A stretch of DNA of 64,000 bases, taken from NCBI RefSeq assembly GCF_009914755.1, contig NC_060932.1; one strand, written 5' to 3'. Origin of the DNA: the human T2T-CHM13v2.0 reference genome, Homo sapiens. The notes beneath the pieces are model-generated. The model was not told the origin of the DNA, searched no databases, and saw only the letters and a program-made list of their open reading frames with translations. Positions 15,081 to 30,349 of this stretch are shown here, in pieces (position 1 is the stretch's first letter; each line of letters begins with the position of its first letter). The position numbers and the translations under genes are program-made.

Positions 15081-15691
15081 CAGTGTTTTTCAAAATTTTT
15101 AAATTATTGTCTCTCTAAAGAGCCTGGTTTAGTCTGTTCTCACGCTGCTAATAAAGACATACCAGAGACTGGGTAATTTATAAAGGTAAGAGGTTTAATG
15201 AACTCACAGTTCCACATGGCTGGGGAGGCCTCACAATCATGGTGGAAGACAAATGAGGAGCAAAGTCACATCTTACAAGGCAGCAAGCAAAGAGAGCTTG
15301 TGCAGGGCAACTCCCCTTTATAAAACCATCAGACCTTGTGAGACTTACTCACTGTCAGGAGTCAGGACAGGAAAGACCCACCCCTATGATTCAATTACCT
15401 CCTACCAGGCCCCTCCCATAACATATGGGAATTATGGGAGCTACAATTCAAGATAAATTTGGGTGAGGACACAGCCAAACCACATCCGAGCCTTTTCAGA
15501 CTCTTTTTTTCCCTAATTGTCACCCACCAACCCCTTCTTCCCCATGAAATTTTAAGACCACAAATATATATCTGTTACGTACTATGGCCCTTTGGAGGAG
15601 TCACAGATCATTGTAATATCTAAGTTTTTTCACCCCAAAGAACCCATTTTTTCCAACTTGGGGATGATATGAAACCCATTGAGAATGCATG
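15081..15691. mobile_element. hAT-Charlie non-autonomous element inserted in an old L1M 3' fragment (~14850-15860)
   Basis: CA...TG ends (cagtgtttttcaa / ttgagaatgcatg) with a perfect 8-bp TSD ttgttgat (15073-15080, 15692-15699). Confidence 0.8.
15125..15487 (-). mobile_element. THE1 (B/C-type) MaLR solo LTR
   Basis: ctgctaataaagacatacc...ggacacagccaaacca; 5-bp TSD gagcc. Confidence 0.92.
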
Positions 15692-16084
15692 TTGTTGATG
15701 AATATTGACATGGAAAAACATTCATGATATTTTGGGAAGTAAAAAAAACTAGAACACACAAAATAATCTGTTTTCACTTATTTGTAAATAGGTATAGAAA
15801 AACTTATAGAAGTTTCTATATAAATATATTAATACTGGTTATCTCTGGGTGGAAATTAGACCTAGTATATATTAATCTCCTATTATATGTGGGTACTTTT
15901 CATGTCATTTAACACTTATAATAATGCTGTGAGAAGCTGGAGACCTACTGGGAGACCGGTGTCGGGTAGCGAGCACCGTGTTTGGCATAAATTGACATTT
16001 AGTAAATGGTAGCTATTTTTATTATTATCTTAGAGGTTATCTTTAAGAGACAGAATATGTTTTTAATTAATATGGCAAAGATGA

Positions 16085-16315
16085 AATGGTATGATGACCC
16101 ATGGGGCCAGATTGCCCAGGTTCAAATCTTTGCTCTGTTGGCTAAGTGGCCTTGGAGAGTCACTTAACCTCTGGCATTCAGCTTCCTCACTCATTAAGTG
16201 ACTATGATGACAGTAATTATAGCTACTCACAGGGTTGTGAAAATTACATACATTAGTCCTTATAAATGCTTGGAATAGCATCTGGAATATAACTAGCAGT
16301 CAACAAATGTTAGCT
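16085..16315 (+). mobile_element. MIR SINE
   Basis: ggttcaaatc...agtcacttaacctct...ttcctca...acagggttgtga...caacaaatgttagct. Confidence 0.75.
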
Positions 16316-17294
16316 TTTTATTCTTACTTAGTCTTTGCAATGAATCTGTGAGGGAATATAATAATTTCCATTTTCCAGATGAGAAAATTGAAGCTCAGAG
16401 AAGTTGAATAATGGAATGATTGCTGAGGGTCAGGACCTCAGAAAAGGATGAGACACCAGGTGTCCAGAAGTAAGGCAAAGGACCCAGCAGTTGGGTCATA
16501 AGAAGTGAAAAGGTACCAGAGATGAGTTTTTGCATTTCCTTTCCGTGTCTATAGTGGATATTGCCTACATGTATGTATAATATATATTTCACGTATCCAC
16601 ATACACATCTGCCATGTGCTCTGCATGGTCCCTCCAGGAGACCACAGATGAACAATAGGATTGGGGAAATTATGTGACCTTGGGGTTGAATTCTGTCTCT
16701 GATGCTCCCTGGTTAAGTGGCCCTAAAGGATACATCCTTTCTCTGAGCCCTAGTTTCCTTACTTGTCAAAAAGGTGATATGATATCCACCTCCTGAAGTT
16801 AGCAAAAATTAATAAGAACATAAAAACAGCCACCATGTAAAGAGTTCCAGGCATGCAAAAGGTACCATGCAAGCTATTTTACATGAATAACACAATAGAC
16901 CCTAAAAAAATACTACTTTCCCTTTCCAGCATCTTTCCTTGCCCCAGTTGAATGACTCATATTGCATGATAATGAATAATTCTTGCCTAATGCTAATCAA
17001 GGAGATACTTTATTTATTTGCTGTTCACCCAATAGGTCCTTGCTGAGTTGCCTCCAGGTGCCTGTACTTGGCCAGGCTTGGGGACGGTAAGAGGAAAAAC
17101 ATCTCATCCAGCTTTGGAGCAGTGTTTGGTCTAGTGAAAGGAACAGTAACATAAGTCACTAGAGTATAATGTGATGCAACATGCCATGTGATAGTCATAT
17201 GATATATTTAAGTGGCTTTAATAACATTTGATTTCAGCTACAAACTCTCCTGAATAAGCCTGACCTCTTTCTGCCTTCCACTGACAAAGGATAC

Positions 17295-17653
17295 TATATT
17301 ACTCCGTTTTCAAATTGCTATAAAGATACTACTAGAGACTGGGTAATTTATAAAGAAAAGAGGTTTAAGTGACTCACAGTTCCGCATAACTGAGGAGACC
17401 TCAGGAAACTTACAATCATAGTGGAAGGGAAGCAGGCACAACTTACATGGTGGCAGGCAAGACAGCATGTGAAGGAGGAACTGTTAAACACTTATAAAAT
17501 CATCAGATCTCATGAGAACTCACTATCACAAGAACAGCATGGAGGAAACCACCCCCATGATCCAATCACCTCCCACCAGGTTGACACATGGAGATTATGG
17601 GGATTACAATTTGAGAGGAGATATGGGTGGGGACACAGAGCCGAACCATATCA
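17295..17653 (-). mobile_element. THE1D/MSTA-type MaLR solo LTR
   Basis: gagactgggtaatttataaagaaaagagg ... gaaccatatca; 5-bp TSD gatac. Confidence 0.92.
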
Positions 17654-18619
17654 GATACTGTCTCTGAGATTTGCAACTATTGCTAGGGATCATTAGCACT
17701 TGCTGGTCTCATTTTCTAGGAAGCTCTTGTTCCAATAAATTGCAGTTGTTCTCTTCCCTCCAACCTCTCTGTTACAGACACAGAAAACAGTGTCATATTT
17801 CTCCTGCAAGTGACTTCCTTTCCCTTCTTTACAACCTTTCTCAAGGGCTAGAAACTCTAGAAACCGTAAATTAGGTTAAACAAATCCAGAACACAGCACT
17901 TCAAGGGCTGAGAAAGTGGTCCAACAAATCTCTTCAGATTTACAATACATATCTGCCCCCAGGTTGACTAAAAAGAATGAAAAATTTGCAGCTAAAATTT
18001 AGTTAGGTAAAAAGAAGACATGCTATGACCAAAGGCTTTAAACAATGGAGAGGGTTATCTTCCTTACAGAAATTCCCTGGAATGATGAAGTAAGAGTTGC
18101 TTCCAATAAATAAAGAAATGTACAACTTAACTTTTTCAATATCTCCCTTCTCCAACTTAATGGGGAGGCATAGACCGATAACGCTCAGTTCATACAAGTA
18201 TTTATTGAGCATCTACTCTGCCAGGGTCTGGCACCTGAAACACATCAGTGAAACAAAATCTTCAAAACCCCTGCCCTTGTTGGGCTTACATTTCTAGTTG
18301 GAGGAAGCAGACATAAACTTAATAATAGGTAAAGCTATCTTAAAATGTAGTAATCGCTACAGAAAGAATGGAAATAGGGCTAGCTGGGGCAGGGGGAATA
18401 GGGAAATTTTAATTTTAAATGGAGTAGTCAGAGTAGGTTTTACTGAGGTGCTATTTAAGCAAAGACCTGAATTAGGTGAAGGACAAAGTTTTGTTAGCAG
18501 CTGAGGCAATGAGTTCCAGGCAGATAGAACAGCCTTATGAAAGCTCTGAGGTTAGAATGTCCCCAGTGAGTTTGACAGGTCATCCATGTTGTTGAAGATT
18601 GATGCAGAGGGAGACAGAT

Positions 18620-18875
18620 GTTGTTCCAATTTATCATTTATCGTTGTGGGTTCCAGTTTATCCTGCTTTCTTCCACTTCAGGTCCAGTCCTTCTCAACTA
18701 CCTGTCCAGGTGACCTACAACAACTTCAGGTCCACCACCAGATGCCAAGCCAATAGCTTTTCATAAACTTCTCCAGCACCCCCGACACCTAGATAGGTTC
18801 TAATCCTTGCAATAGTTCCCTCATTTCCTACCACTCATAGTGGTTCTGATCTTCTGATTGAACCCTAAGCAATAC
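18620..18875 (+). mobile_element. MLT2-type LTR fragment inside L2
   Basis: 3' end agtggttctgatcttctgattgaaccctaagcaatac. Confidence 0.55.
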
Positions 18876-20476
18876 TACATCCAAGTGAGATGTCAGGTAG
18901 GTAGCTAGATATAAGAGTCTCAAGTTCAAGGGAAAGTTTCCAGCTGGATGTATAAAATTGAGAGTTATCAACATATAACTGGTATTTAAGGATATGAGGC
19001 TGGATTGTGTCACCCAAAGAGAGAGCAATATAAGTGGAAGGAAGAAGAGGTATAAGAACCACGCCCTGGAGCACCTGTAGTAAAGAAGTCAGGGAAGAAA
19101 CAGCTAAAGAGACTGAGAAAGAACAGCCAATGAGGTAGAAGGAAAACAGAAGAGTACAGAAAATGTAAAGGGAAGAAAGTGTATCAAGGAGGATGCAGTG
19201 ATCACTTGGGCCAAATGCTGCCAATTGTTGAGTAAGACTGAGAACTGATCATTACGTTTAGTAATACCAAGGTTATTATTGATATTTTCAAGAGCGGTTT
19301 GCTGAAGTGGTATGAATAAAAGTCTGATTGCAGTAGACTTCAAGAGGAGATAGGATGAGGATTGGAGAAGATCATTCTTTTGAGAAATTTGTAAAGAAAA
19401 TCAGAGAACTGGTGAGGAAAAAATGAGGTCAATTCAGAGTTGTCTTTTTAAAACAAGAGAAATAAAGCCTGTTTCCTCTTGGGAAGGATTCAGTAAAGAA
19501 GTGTAATAGTGGTGAAATTGGAGAGGAGGAGGATAATTTCTGGGGAAATATCTTTAAGTGGTGATAGGTGATGGGATCTACTTCACGTGCACAGGTGTTA
19601 GGCTTAGATAGAAGCACGGGGACCTCCTGGAGCAAGGAGTGTGGGTTCACATCTTACTGGTTAGATGAGTAGAAGGATTTCAGAAGGTCTCTGCTAATGG
19701 ACTCAGTTTTCCAGTAAGATAGAAAACAAAGCCATCAACTGAGAGACAGCTTAGGGGAAAAAATGTAGGTTTTAAGAGAGAAGCAAAGGCGCAAAATAGT
19801 TCCCTAGGAGAGTAGGAGAATATGTGAAGTAGGGAAATATAGTATAATGACCGGCAGTATTAAAGGCCTGCTTGAGGATTGTGGTCATGAATTTAAAGTG
19901 AGACCATGTAGTATGAGTATGTGTGAGTCAGGCTCAGCGGCACAGATGCAGGAGCAGAGCAGAGCAATGCGAGTGTTCAGCCAGACTTATGATTTTCACA
20001 AATAAGGCGAATAAAGAGAAGAATATGCAAGTGAGGAGGAGGCTTTATGCAAAGGAGTGATTGTAACAACTAGCCATAGAATTTTAATTGGGTAAATGGG
20101 GGGAACGACTAGATGGGAATGAATAAAGAAAAGAACAGGTGATAAAATCAATGGAATGGAGGTCTCACTGGGGGGTCTTCATTTTGGAATGAAGGTGCTA
20201 GACGGACTGAACTGGAAACATAGGAGGTAGAGGTTGGAGAATGGGATGTGTGAGATGCACGGAGGTCTGGATTTGTTGGTAACAATATGGAAGTGAACAG
20301 CTGAGATAGGGCTGAGGACAAGATCAGTAACTAAAGGTACTGACAAACCAGGATATTGCAAGAATCACATATGCATATATTGACATCAAAAAGAAGTAAT
20401 GTGGGGAAAGTGCTGAAAAGAGTGATAGTGATTCAGGAGCTAAAAGTGATCCAAAAACTGGGGAGCTTGACTGTTC

Positions 20477-20971
20477 TGATAAGCTCCCATTCACTCCACT
20501 GATGAAAGAGGGCTCTCCTGCCTTAAATAGTATGAGGTACCTGAACACCAGATACCTAGCATTGGACAGATGGGATTGGCAGCACTTTATTAGTCACGTA
20601 TACTCACAGCCCTGGACACTGCATGCCTTCCAGAACAGGGCCACACAGGGGTCCAACTCAGGAATTGAGTGAACCAGTAGAGACTGTGGGAGGCAGGCTT
20701 TGTAGTAACAGAAGGATGAGGTGCCCCTTTGTTCTCATGGGAGGACGTAACTGGCTTATTTGAATCACTCACAGGCTATCAGGAAAATGAAACTTGTGAG
20801 GTTGAACAGGTGGAGTGGAGCTGTTTGGCTGGTAAGGGAACTAGAGAGATGGGGAAGCTTTCCCACTGTGGGAGGGGTATATCTGGTGAAAGCAGGGTCA
20901 TTCACGGTCAGGCCTTTGGGGCCCTGTGAGATTCAGAGACGTCAAGGTAGCACTTGAAATTTTACCTTACA
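20477..20971 (-). mobile_element. ERVL solo LTR (MER54/MER73/LTR53-like) inside L2
   Basis: TG...CA ends; the minus strand begins tgtaaggtaaaatttcaagtgctaccttgac; AATAAA on the minus strand near 20586. Confidence 0.6.
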
Positions 20972-21651
20972 ATATACTTGACCCAGGTTGATGACTTCAG
21001 CAACGAGAGGTAGTGGGTGACATAGTCTGATGGTATGGGATTCAAAGCAGTATGACGGCATGGACTTCAAAAGTGGGAGATCTTAGGGTAAAAGAGAAAG
21101 TGTGCAACAAGTAATGAGGGCAACAGAGGACACCTTCCCCACCCACAAAGTGAGAGAGGTGCAGGAGAAGCAGAGCCCTCGAAGGAGATGCAGATTTCAG
21201 TTAAGCAGTGAAAGGAGCATTCAGAAGAACACTGTGAGCATATGGAGAAGTCAGCTGATGATGAATTGTGAGTTCCAGGGGCACATAGTAGAAGGATTTT
21301 AGGAGTTTGGGAGAATGAAAGATGAGGGGAAAGAGAGATGTGCAAAACTATATGGTGAGCAGTTACAGGAGATAACTGGTGACCCAGGGGTCTGGGGCTT
21401 CCCATGATGACAGACACAAATAAGGATGAAAGATCCAGTGAGGTTGGGCATAAAGGTTTCAAGGTGAATACTGATGACAAAGCTGACTATTTAATGGATA
21501 GGGAGAAAGAGACAGAGTGTGGTCGGCTCTGTCCCTTATTATTTATTAAATCTTGAATTAATACTTGGGCTTCACTCTCTCTGTGTGTGAAATGAGGGAG
21601 TTGGAATAGAAGATTTCATAGATACCTTTTAGCCCATAATATAAGATTTTA

Positions 21652-21990
<339 letters not shown>

Positions 21991-24900
21991 TCAATCTGGT
22001 GTAGCACTATTAGGCCACCATGGCTATGCTTAGCCCGCCCAGTATGTAATGCACATACTTTCTGTTAGCAAAGCCAAGTCAGAGTCATTCAGGGCCGTTC
22101 CTTCCTTTCAACTTGCCTCATTTTGCTTCTGACTCTTTTATTACCAACTTTACTTCTGGCTTCCAACTTCTCTCCTTGCCTTGATCGTTGGGTTTTCTGC
22201 ACACATCTGTCTTCCCTGCTATGATTGTAATGCTCCAGGGTTCTGATACCCCACTTGAGTCTTCATCTCAACCTTGTTGGATCCAACTCAGATTCACCCC
22301 AGAAAACCTCAGTTCCTCCACAGCCAAGACACTCCCTAGCCCAGCTTGGGCAAGGCTAACCCAGTTACCGCATTCTTAAATCTCCCTGGCTGACCTGTAT
22401 TTGTTTACAAAGGGAAGGAAGTCTCTCTTTCTCCAAACACAGACACCCTTTACAAAGCACAAGCAGGGAGATTCTGTTCATGAATATCCTGAGAGACAGG
22501 GTGTAAGCCCTGCAGCAGAAGCAGCCCTGGTCTCAAAGGCAGGCTTAGTTCAAAGACTTTTCTCTCCTTCTCTTGAGCCAGTGCTTTTCCTTCCAAAAGC
22601 CTGCTGATGCAAGGAGTGGTTCCTCAGCTAGCAAGTCTGCATAATATTGCCGGAAGTTCACAGGCTTTCTCAGACCCATCCAAAGATGGATCCTTTAAAA
22701 TCCCAGAGACATCTTACAGTTTCTCTGATTGGGCCAGAATTTCTTCATGGGGATTTCATGTTCTCCTTTTTGGAGAGAAGATGAGCACCCAAAAGAGGGT
22801 GGAGAGGCTCCATTCCTTTCCCCATCTCAGGAAAATGAAATTCCAAGGGCAGAGATCAGGGGGGAAATCACATCTTGATCGTTGGCAAAACGGAAACTAT
22901 TAGGCTTAGCATATCCTGTTTTGAGTAAGGAAAAAAATAAAATTCTCTATTCCACACCCCACCTACCCCTCCCCCCCAAAAAAATCCTATCCTCATGACT
23001 GAAGGAGTTATTCTGAGAAGCTTATCTTTTCATATCTACAAAAGTACATCAAATATTCCCCAGACAGTCCTACCACCTCATCACCTCCAACCTTGCCAGC
23101 TCACACTCATTTTTAAAATCTCACTCCTAGCTTATATCCTGCCCATTAACAGAATTGTGATTATGGAATTAGGCTGAAACAGTGTCTACATTCCACACAA
23201 TCTCTAACACACTGATACTTGGTCATTGTTATTAATGACATTAATTGTAACATTTATTCTCCTTAAGAATGTATAGCATGACATGAGGTTGCATGCTTTC
23301 TAATCTTTTTTTTCTAATTATTTATAAACGTTCACATTCTGTGTGGTCATCAGTTGTCTTCAAAGGAAACACTGACATTTTCTGTTAGCAATTGCTCTGC
23401 ATGGAATTGGTTATCTAATATGTCTGGTTAACAAGCCTCTCTTTGACATTTAATAAGCTGCAATGATTTCACATTCAGGTAGTTCCCTGTTTACTTGAGG
23501 GCAAAGGGCTGTATAGAAGCTAAGTTAGGGGATTTGATTACAAAAACAAAGATTTTTTTTATGGATAAGAGGAAAGTAAAAGTTCTTTTTTTCTAACTCT
23601 GTCTTTCGAAGTTTCATTGTCCAGCCTTTCTTTGGAAACACATGGCATCTTAATACTTTTACCGGTCACAGTTTTCTTTGAAATGCATTTGTCATCAACT
23701 CAATGCTTTCGCCATGACTCCATCTCTGTAACCATGAGATATTAAATGAAGGGCAAAGAGCAAAGTTTCAATTCCATTTTATTAAAACAGAACTAGATCT
23801 TCTGAATCAAGATAAACTTGAGTTTTCTATTTAAAAAAAAAATTATCCCTCAGTGTATGTTCATGAAGACTGTGTATCCAACCAGCCAATATTTCAGAAT
23901 ATATTGAAAGAAAAGCATAATTCACAGGTCATTAAGCTGCCTAAATCCTCAAATACTGTGCCACTGGTCATTTGATTTTATGCTTGAGTAGGTTTAGATG
24001 GTGAAACAAATATTTTCCTGATTCTCCTGCCTCCAAAGGAAAACATGCCCCAAAGCCGCCTAGCAAAATACCCCAAATTACCTCTGCTATTATGCAAGAA
24101 TTCCTATCTTTGCAGTTATGGATAAAACAAAGACGGAATTTTGAAGGACCCAAACACTTTCTCCTAAAATATATTCTTGCTAGTATTCCGCTTCAGATGA
24201 AAGTTCAAATCCTAAGCAGTGACTTACCAGGCTTGCATCTCTCAGCTCCTTGAAGAGGTTCTGCTTTGGTTTTGAGGGGTTATGTCTGAAACTTAAAATA
24301 TAAAATGCTTTCAGTTAAGCTGCCTGGCATGATCGACTTTGTTTATTCCAGTCATTCCATTCCAGTGAAAATTTCAATCCCTTCTCCCTGTAAAATCTTC
24401 AAATTATTTTCTTCCTCATCCTCCTTCTCTCCTAGACTCCAAGCCATGGATGAAAAAACACACGATCTTGGCTCACTTGCTAAGGAAAAGGTGTAAAATG
24501 TACATGTAATCAAGCAAATGAGGAATTGACAGTTGAAAAATGATTTAAAATTCTTCAAATAGATATAGCTAACCCTGTTAGCTCTCTGCTTATATATATT
24601 TGGTAAGAGAATAAGCTTTTTCAGCACAGGAATGATATAAGGGCAGGAAGGGACACTTCTGCAAGTCAAACAGAGAGAGAGAAGAGGAGAGGATTCGAAA
24701 AGGTGCCAGAGGGTAATTGGACTCTGGCTCTGACAGTTGATCCAAAGCACGCTACAGGAAGCACACTGGTTAGCTAAAGTTAGAGAAACAGTGGCCTCTG
24801 ATGGAGCCCCAGATGTCACACCAATTACACATGGTACAGAAACTTGCAGTTTATTTTGACAGTCATTCAAGTTAAAACATGAGATGAGAAGTTTGCAACA

Positions 24901-25291
24901 GAAAAGCCATCTTGGGCCTAATTATTTCATTTATATAAACAAGGTCAAAAGGTCTCATTTTATTATTATCTTCTGTCCTTCCTTCCCAGCACTGTTTATT
25001 TTCCACCTCCTATTTTAAAGGTGCAAACATATTCTAACAAGGTTCATCTTTAAAAATTTTGTATCAAAATGGAAACTTTTGTTTTCTGGCTCCCTCTATG
25101 TTGATATAAGCAAACAATCTTACAGTGTTTATTTTGATAATCAGTATTGAGCAAATATCTTACAACTGGGAAAAATCCTCCTGCTCTGTAGAGAGCAGTT
25201 TTGCCCACTGGTCACATACAATATAGGCTAGAATTACAGACACTGGGTAGTGAGAAAGTCAAGTTCTTCCTCTAAGCACTATGTTCATTTA

Positions 25292-25461
25292 TTTTCTTTT
25301 TTTTTCTTTTTCTTTTTTTTCTTATTTTAAGTTCTAGGGTACATGTGCACAACATGCAGGTTTGTTACAGAGATATACATGTCCCATGTTGGTGTGCTGC
25401 ACCTGTTAACTCGTCATTTACATTAGGTATATCTCCTAACGCTATCCCTCCCAGCTCCCCT
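25292..25461 (-). mobile_element. L1PA (about PA4-6) 3' end fragment
   Basis: T-tract then ttttaagttctagggtacatgtgcacaac...ggtatatctcctaa. Confidence 0.9.
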
Positions 25462-25614
25462 GACTTTTGGGTATACCCACATGTGCTAATTTCCTCGGCT
25501 GTACTCATATTTGTAAAAATGGCAGAAAAGAAAATAAATGGTATTTCTCTGGGTATACCCAAAGACTAATGACAAGCTGATCCTCAAAAAAACCAGACAG
25601 AAAGACTGAGCCCT

Positions 25615-26573
25615 TGATACAGAATTTTTCTTGGCCCTTTGTCGGACTTGCAGCAGGGGGAGCCTCATCTACTTGGCCCACGTGCTCAGCCCCTGGTGGG
25701 AGGGAGCATGTGAGTAAGCAAGTGCAGGGTCCAGTGGGCTGCTTTGAGTGCTGACACAGGAGCAAACTCCATGCAGGGCCTGCGGCCAGACCAGGCATGT
25801 CACCCTGAGGGGAATGCAGCAGCTCCCAGGCAGGGGTGCCCGTGATTCCAAAGCCCCAGAGGAGGTGTTAGTTTGCTAATTAGCTCTTTTAGTTCTGCCA
25901 TCTGCAGCTCAATAGACTGCGGTGTATTAGCAAGCTCAGTTGGCCCCTTGACTTGTTCTGGCCCACGGCTCTGGGACTGTCTTAGCTCTGCCACTGCTTC
26001 TGTTGTGTGGGGTGGCTGCCCTCCACCAGCAAGGGCAAAGGGCAAGTGTTACAGCCCTACTGGGTACCCCTGCTTGGTGGGTCCTGAGCTCTTGTCCAGC
26101 GTCCAAGAAGAATGAGGTCATGCTGACTATTGAAAGGTGATGAGAGCAGAGAAGTTTAATGAGTCACAAATCAGCTCTCAGCAGAGAGGGGAACTGGAGA
26201 GGGTTGGGAAGGTCAGGTTGTCTTTGCCAAAGTCAGGTCATCTCTTCTTGATGTGGCTGAATCTGGGGCTAGGGGTGTGCATGCTGATTGGTGTGTGAGT
26301 ATGGAAAAAAAAGGTTAAAACAAAGGCACCAGTAAAAGGTGGGCACAGCGTAAAAACAATTAGGGAAGGGTAGGTATATGTAAAATCGTTGAAGTTTGGG
26401 GCTCACTCAAAGGAAAGCATGCCAAATGGAAGACAGTTTCTCAATCCGGTCTGTGGATTTGGCTTGTAGCTTGGCCTTCAGGCTTTAAGTCATTTTTGAC
26501 TTGAAGGTGGGGTTTCACTGGGGACCTGACCACCCCTGTCTACCTAGGATTTCTCTGCTTTCTGCCTCTATCA
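25615..26573 (-). mobile_element. ERV1 solo LTR, 959 bp (MER52/LTR27/LTR28 group)
   Basis: tgatac...ctatca termini with a perfect 4-bp TSD ccct; GC-rich body. Confidence 0.8.
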
Positions 26574-27867
26574 CCCTGATTCTTTCCAGATTTGGTATTT
26601 ATTGGGTTTGCAGAGACCTCTAGTGTGCTTCATCTAGTGATAAGGTGGGGTAACACCCAGAACAGACAGTGATGGTGAACTTGGGCAAGGCCAGTGCAAA
26701 TTGCAGGGAGGAAAAAAAAACATCTGGGGGGAGTTTCCTGAACTTTGAATAGCAAATATTTGGTGGAATAACAACAATAACACACAAGTAAAAGTAAAAT
26801 AAAATCAAAGATAATTAAAGTGGAAGGCTCTATTTACCAGAAACTTACCTGTTAAAGATAGTTTCCATGGTTTTCATTTTAAGTAATAGTGAAAAATCGT
26901 GAAAAATACATTTAGCAAGAAACTGAGTCACGGGCAGTTTTGCTATTCCATATTCCCTCAAATGAGCAGCCCTGTTGTCTTATATTATCTGCTCTCTAAG
27001 CACAAAACTGAATTACCATGAATCAATATCAAGATATTAAGATAATTATTCTGTTGAGTTTCTATTATTATTCTCCTCAAGCATACATTTGTGGTCTCAT
27101 TTCCTAGACATATTTTATGTGGTTTTATATAACTTCATGAAAAATTCTCAACACATGGATGTTTCATAATGTCACTGGATGGTGGATTTTCCTTTATGCC
27201 TCAATACACATTCATTGAAAACATTGTGCAGTCCTAATGGAAAACCAAGAGGAATCCTAGCAAAGGTCTCCTTGAAGTTAGCAAACCTAATGAAATATTT
27301 TGTGCAATAAAACATTGTTTTCATTTGTGACATAAATTCATTCTTATCTACTTCCTGAGTTGATTTTGTATTTATTGGAGCTATAAACAGCTCCCAAAAC
27401 TCAGCCTACTTCACTGACAAGGACTCTGATTTCCGTTCAGTTAAAGCAGCTATCTCAGCTTTGTTACTGCAGTATTTGATCCTCTTCTCTTTTCTGCTCT
27501 CTCTCTTCTATGAAGGTCACCTCTCTCTCTTAGCCATGTGTCAGAATCTATTCCACTTCTCTCATATTTTCTAAGTCAGATAGAGAAGGATGCTACCTCT
27601 CTATTCATTCTGATATTTTATTTTGAAACAGTTATAAGGGACACATCTAAAGATTTTAAGTAGTAGTAGATAATCTCATGCCTTTTTTCTTTTTTCCTAA
27701 ATTTTTTTCATGATAAAAGTAATAAAGGCTTATTGTACAAAATTTGGAAATTCCAGAAATGTACAAAGTATAAAAATGGTAGTGCAGATCAGACACATTA
27801 CCATCAGCCAGAGATAATCTCTCTCAACCAATTCTTTTTTTCCTATTCACATATTTATTTTTAGTAA

Positions 27868-28234
<367 letters not shown>

Positions 28235-28907
28235 GTCCCCATATTCTTAAATGTGATTTTAATTTCTACATAATACTTATAATTTGTTTCATTCTTCCCC
28301 CATTATAGAGCATTTAGATATTTTCCAGTTACTATTTTAAATAATGTTATTGAGAGCATCTTTCTTGCCATCTTTAAGTTATCCTTCTTCATTAAGAGAA
28401 ATAGATTATTCCAATAATTCTATGCACATAATTTCAGTGACCTAGGGGAGATGAGGGGCCAAGAGAGACTCTATGACTTGCCTGAGGCCATATAACTACT
28501 TATTGGAAATGTGGAATTCTTTGATATTTTCAGTTTCTTTATCTATCATGATCGAACCCTAGGCTTTTTAATTGCCTTTTTTTAAACCAGTTTCATTCCA
28601 TTTTATAACAACTCCTGCCACTGCATTCCCATCCTTTCCTTGCAGCCCCACCCAAAAGCCACCTGCCTGGTCCTTAGGGCTTCCCTCTTCCCATTTGCCT
28701 GGAAAACCACTATCAGGTGATTCAGATGATCCTCCTTATATCACTATCAGGCTCAAAAACTTCATTGACTTCTTAGTGAAACCCTGCATGAAATATAAAC
28801 AACTTGCCTGACTCTCAAAGCTCCACTTTTCCCTTCAATCTTTCCTCATCCACTCCCACTTGTCTGCTGTTCCCTATCACATTCCCAGCTTCCTGCCTTC
28901 TTCTTAT

Positions 28908-29270
<363 letters not shown>

Positions 29271-30349
29271 TAACCAGTCAGAATACTCCTTTGTTCCTCC
29301 TAATCTCTTTAACTTCATGCAGTCCTCTAAGGAAGGACCAGTGTGAGTCTCATATATTCCATGAAATAGAATGAACTTCCTATTGTATCTGAAATTGTTC
29401 CATTTGAGTTGTAGTCTGAAATGAACCACTTTCACTGGAAAATGTGGGGGCAAATAATTAACTCTGCTGAGCCTATTTCTGCATATGCAAAATAAGAATA
29501 ATTTCACTAATACCTGCCCTTTCAACCTCCCAAGATCCTAGGAAGGATTGGATATGTGTTATAAAGTTTTGGTGAGCTGTTAACTGGTATACAAATGAGG
29601 GAAAATATTCTCCACTGTGTCCACTCATAGCTGTCACTTTAAACCATTTCAGTATCCAAGTCTGTACAACATATAACACAACACTGAGTTATGTTTCATC
29701 CCATCAAATTCTCTCATTGTCTTATGGATGCTAATCATTTTTCCTCAGCTTGGTTGTGAAGTCTCTCAATGTAATACAGTATCTAATATTACCTCTCTAA
29801 CCTGGGCATTGCTGTAATGACTACCAGTCTAATCTAGATAAGTCCTAGCTGGTAAGGTCTGGATGGGGTCATAATGGGATTTAGACATAAGTGGATGAGT
29901 CAGTGAGGCATCGGTGTTCCAGAATTTTTCTGGAGAAAAAAAGTGTTACACTTCAGGAGTCCAGGAAGACTGGGATTAAGGTTAGCATACACCTTGTGAA
30001 GTCTATGTACTCTCAATTTAGATTTTGTTTCTTGGATATATTTACTTAATTCTTATAGCAACCCATATTAGGCATGCTTATTGTTGGAAAGCAGAAGCAA
30101 GAATGTCCTTCAGACACCTAACCCAGCCTTTGGTTACCCCAGTCAGAAGGGTCAGGCTACCCAATCATGATATGTTGTTAAACATGGCCTCCTGATGATC
30201 TGCTTATAGATTATTCATTTAATCTGAAATTTACTTCTCAGTTTTAATTTTCTAGTTTCTAGAGTCCTAAAGAATATTTTTTCCTAACAGGTCTACCCTG
30301 AAAAAAGACAGTTCTAAGGTAAAGATTAGGACTAATGACAAGAGATAGA

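Larger units (their letters stand above)
18186..21480 (-). mobile_element. Long LINE-2 remnant with nested LTRs
   Basis: L2 3' end (tatttattgagcatctactctgccagg) at ~18200, acatccaagtgagatgtcaggtagg, and purine-rich antisense ORF2 remnants. Confidence 0.75.

Noticed and set aside
24352-24870. 172-aa minus-strand ORF
   Set aside because: Non-ATG start, no recognisable domain or coding bias; compatible with chance.
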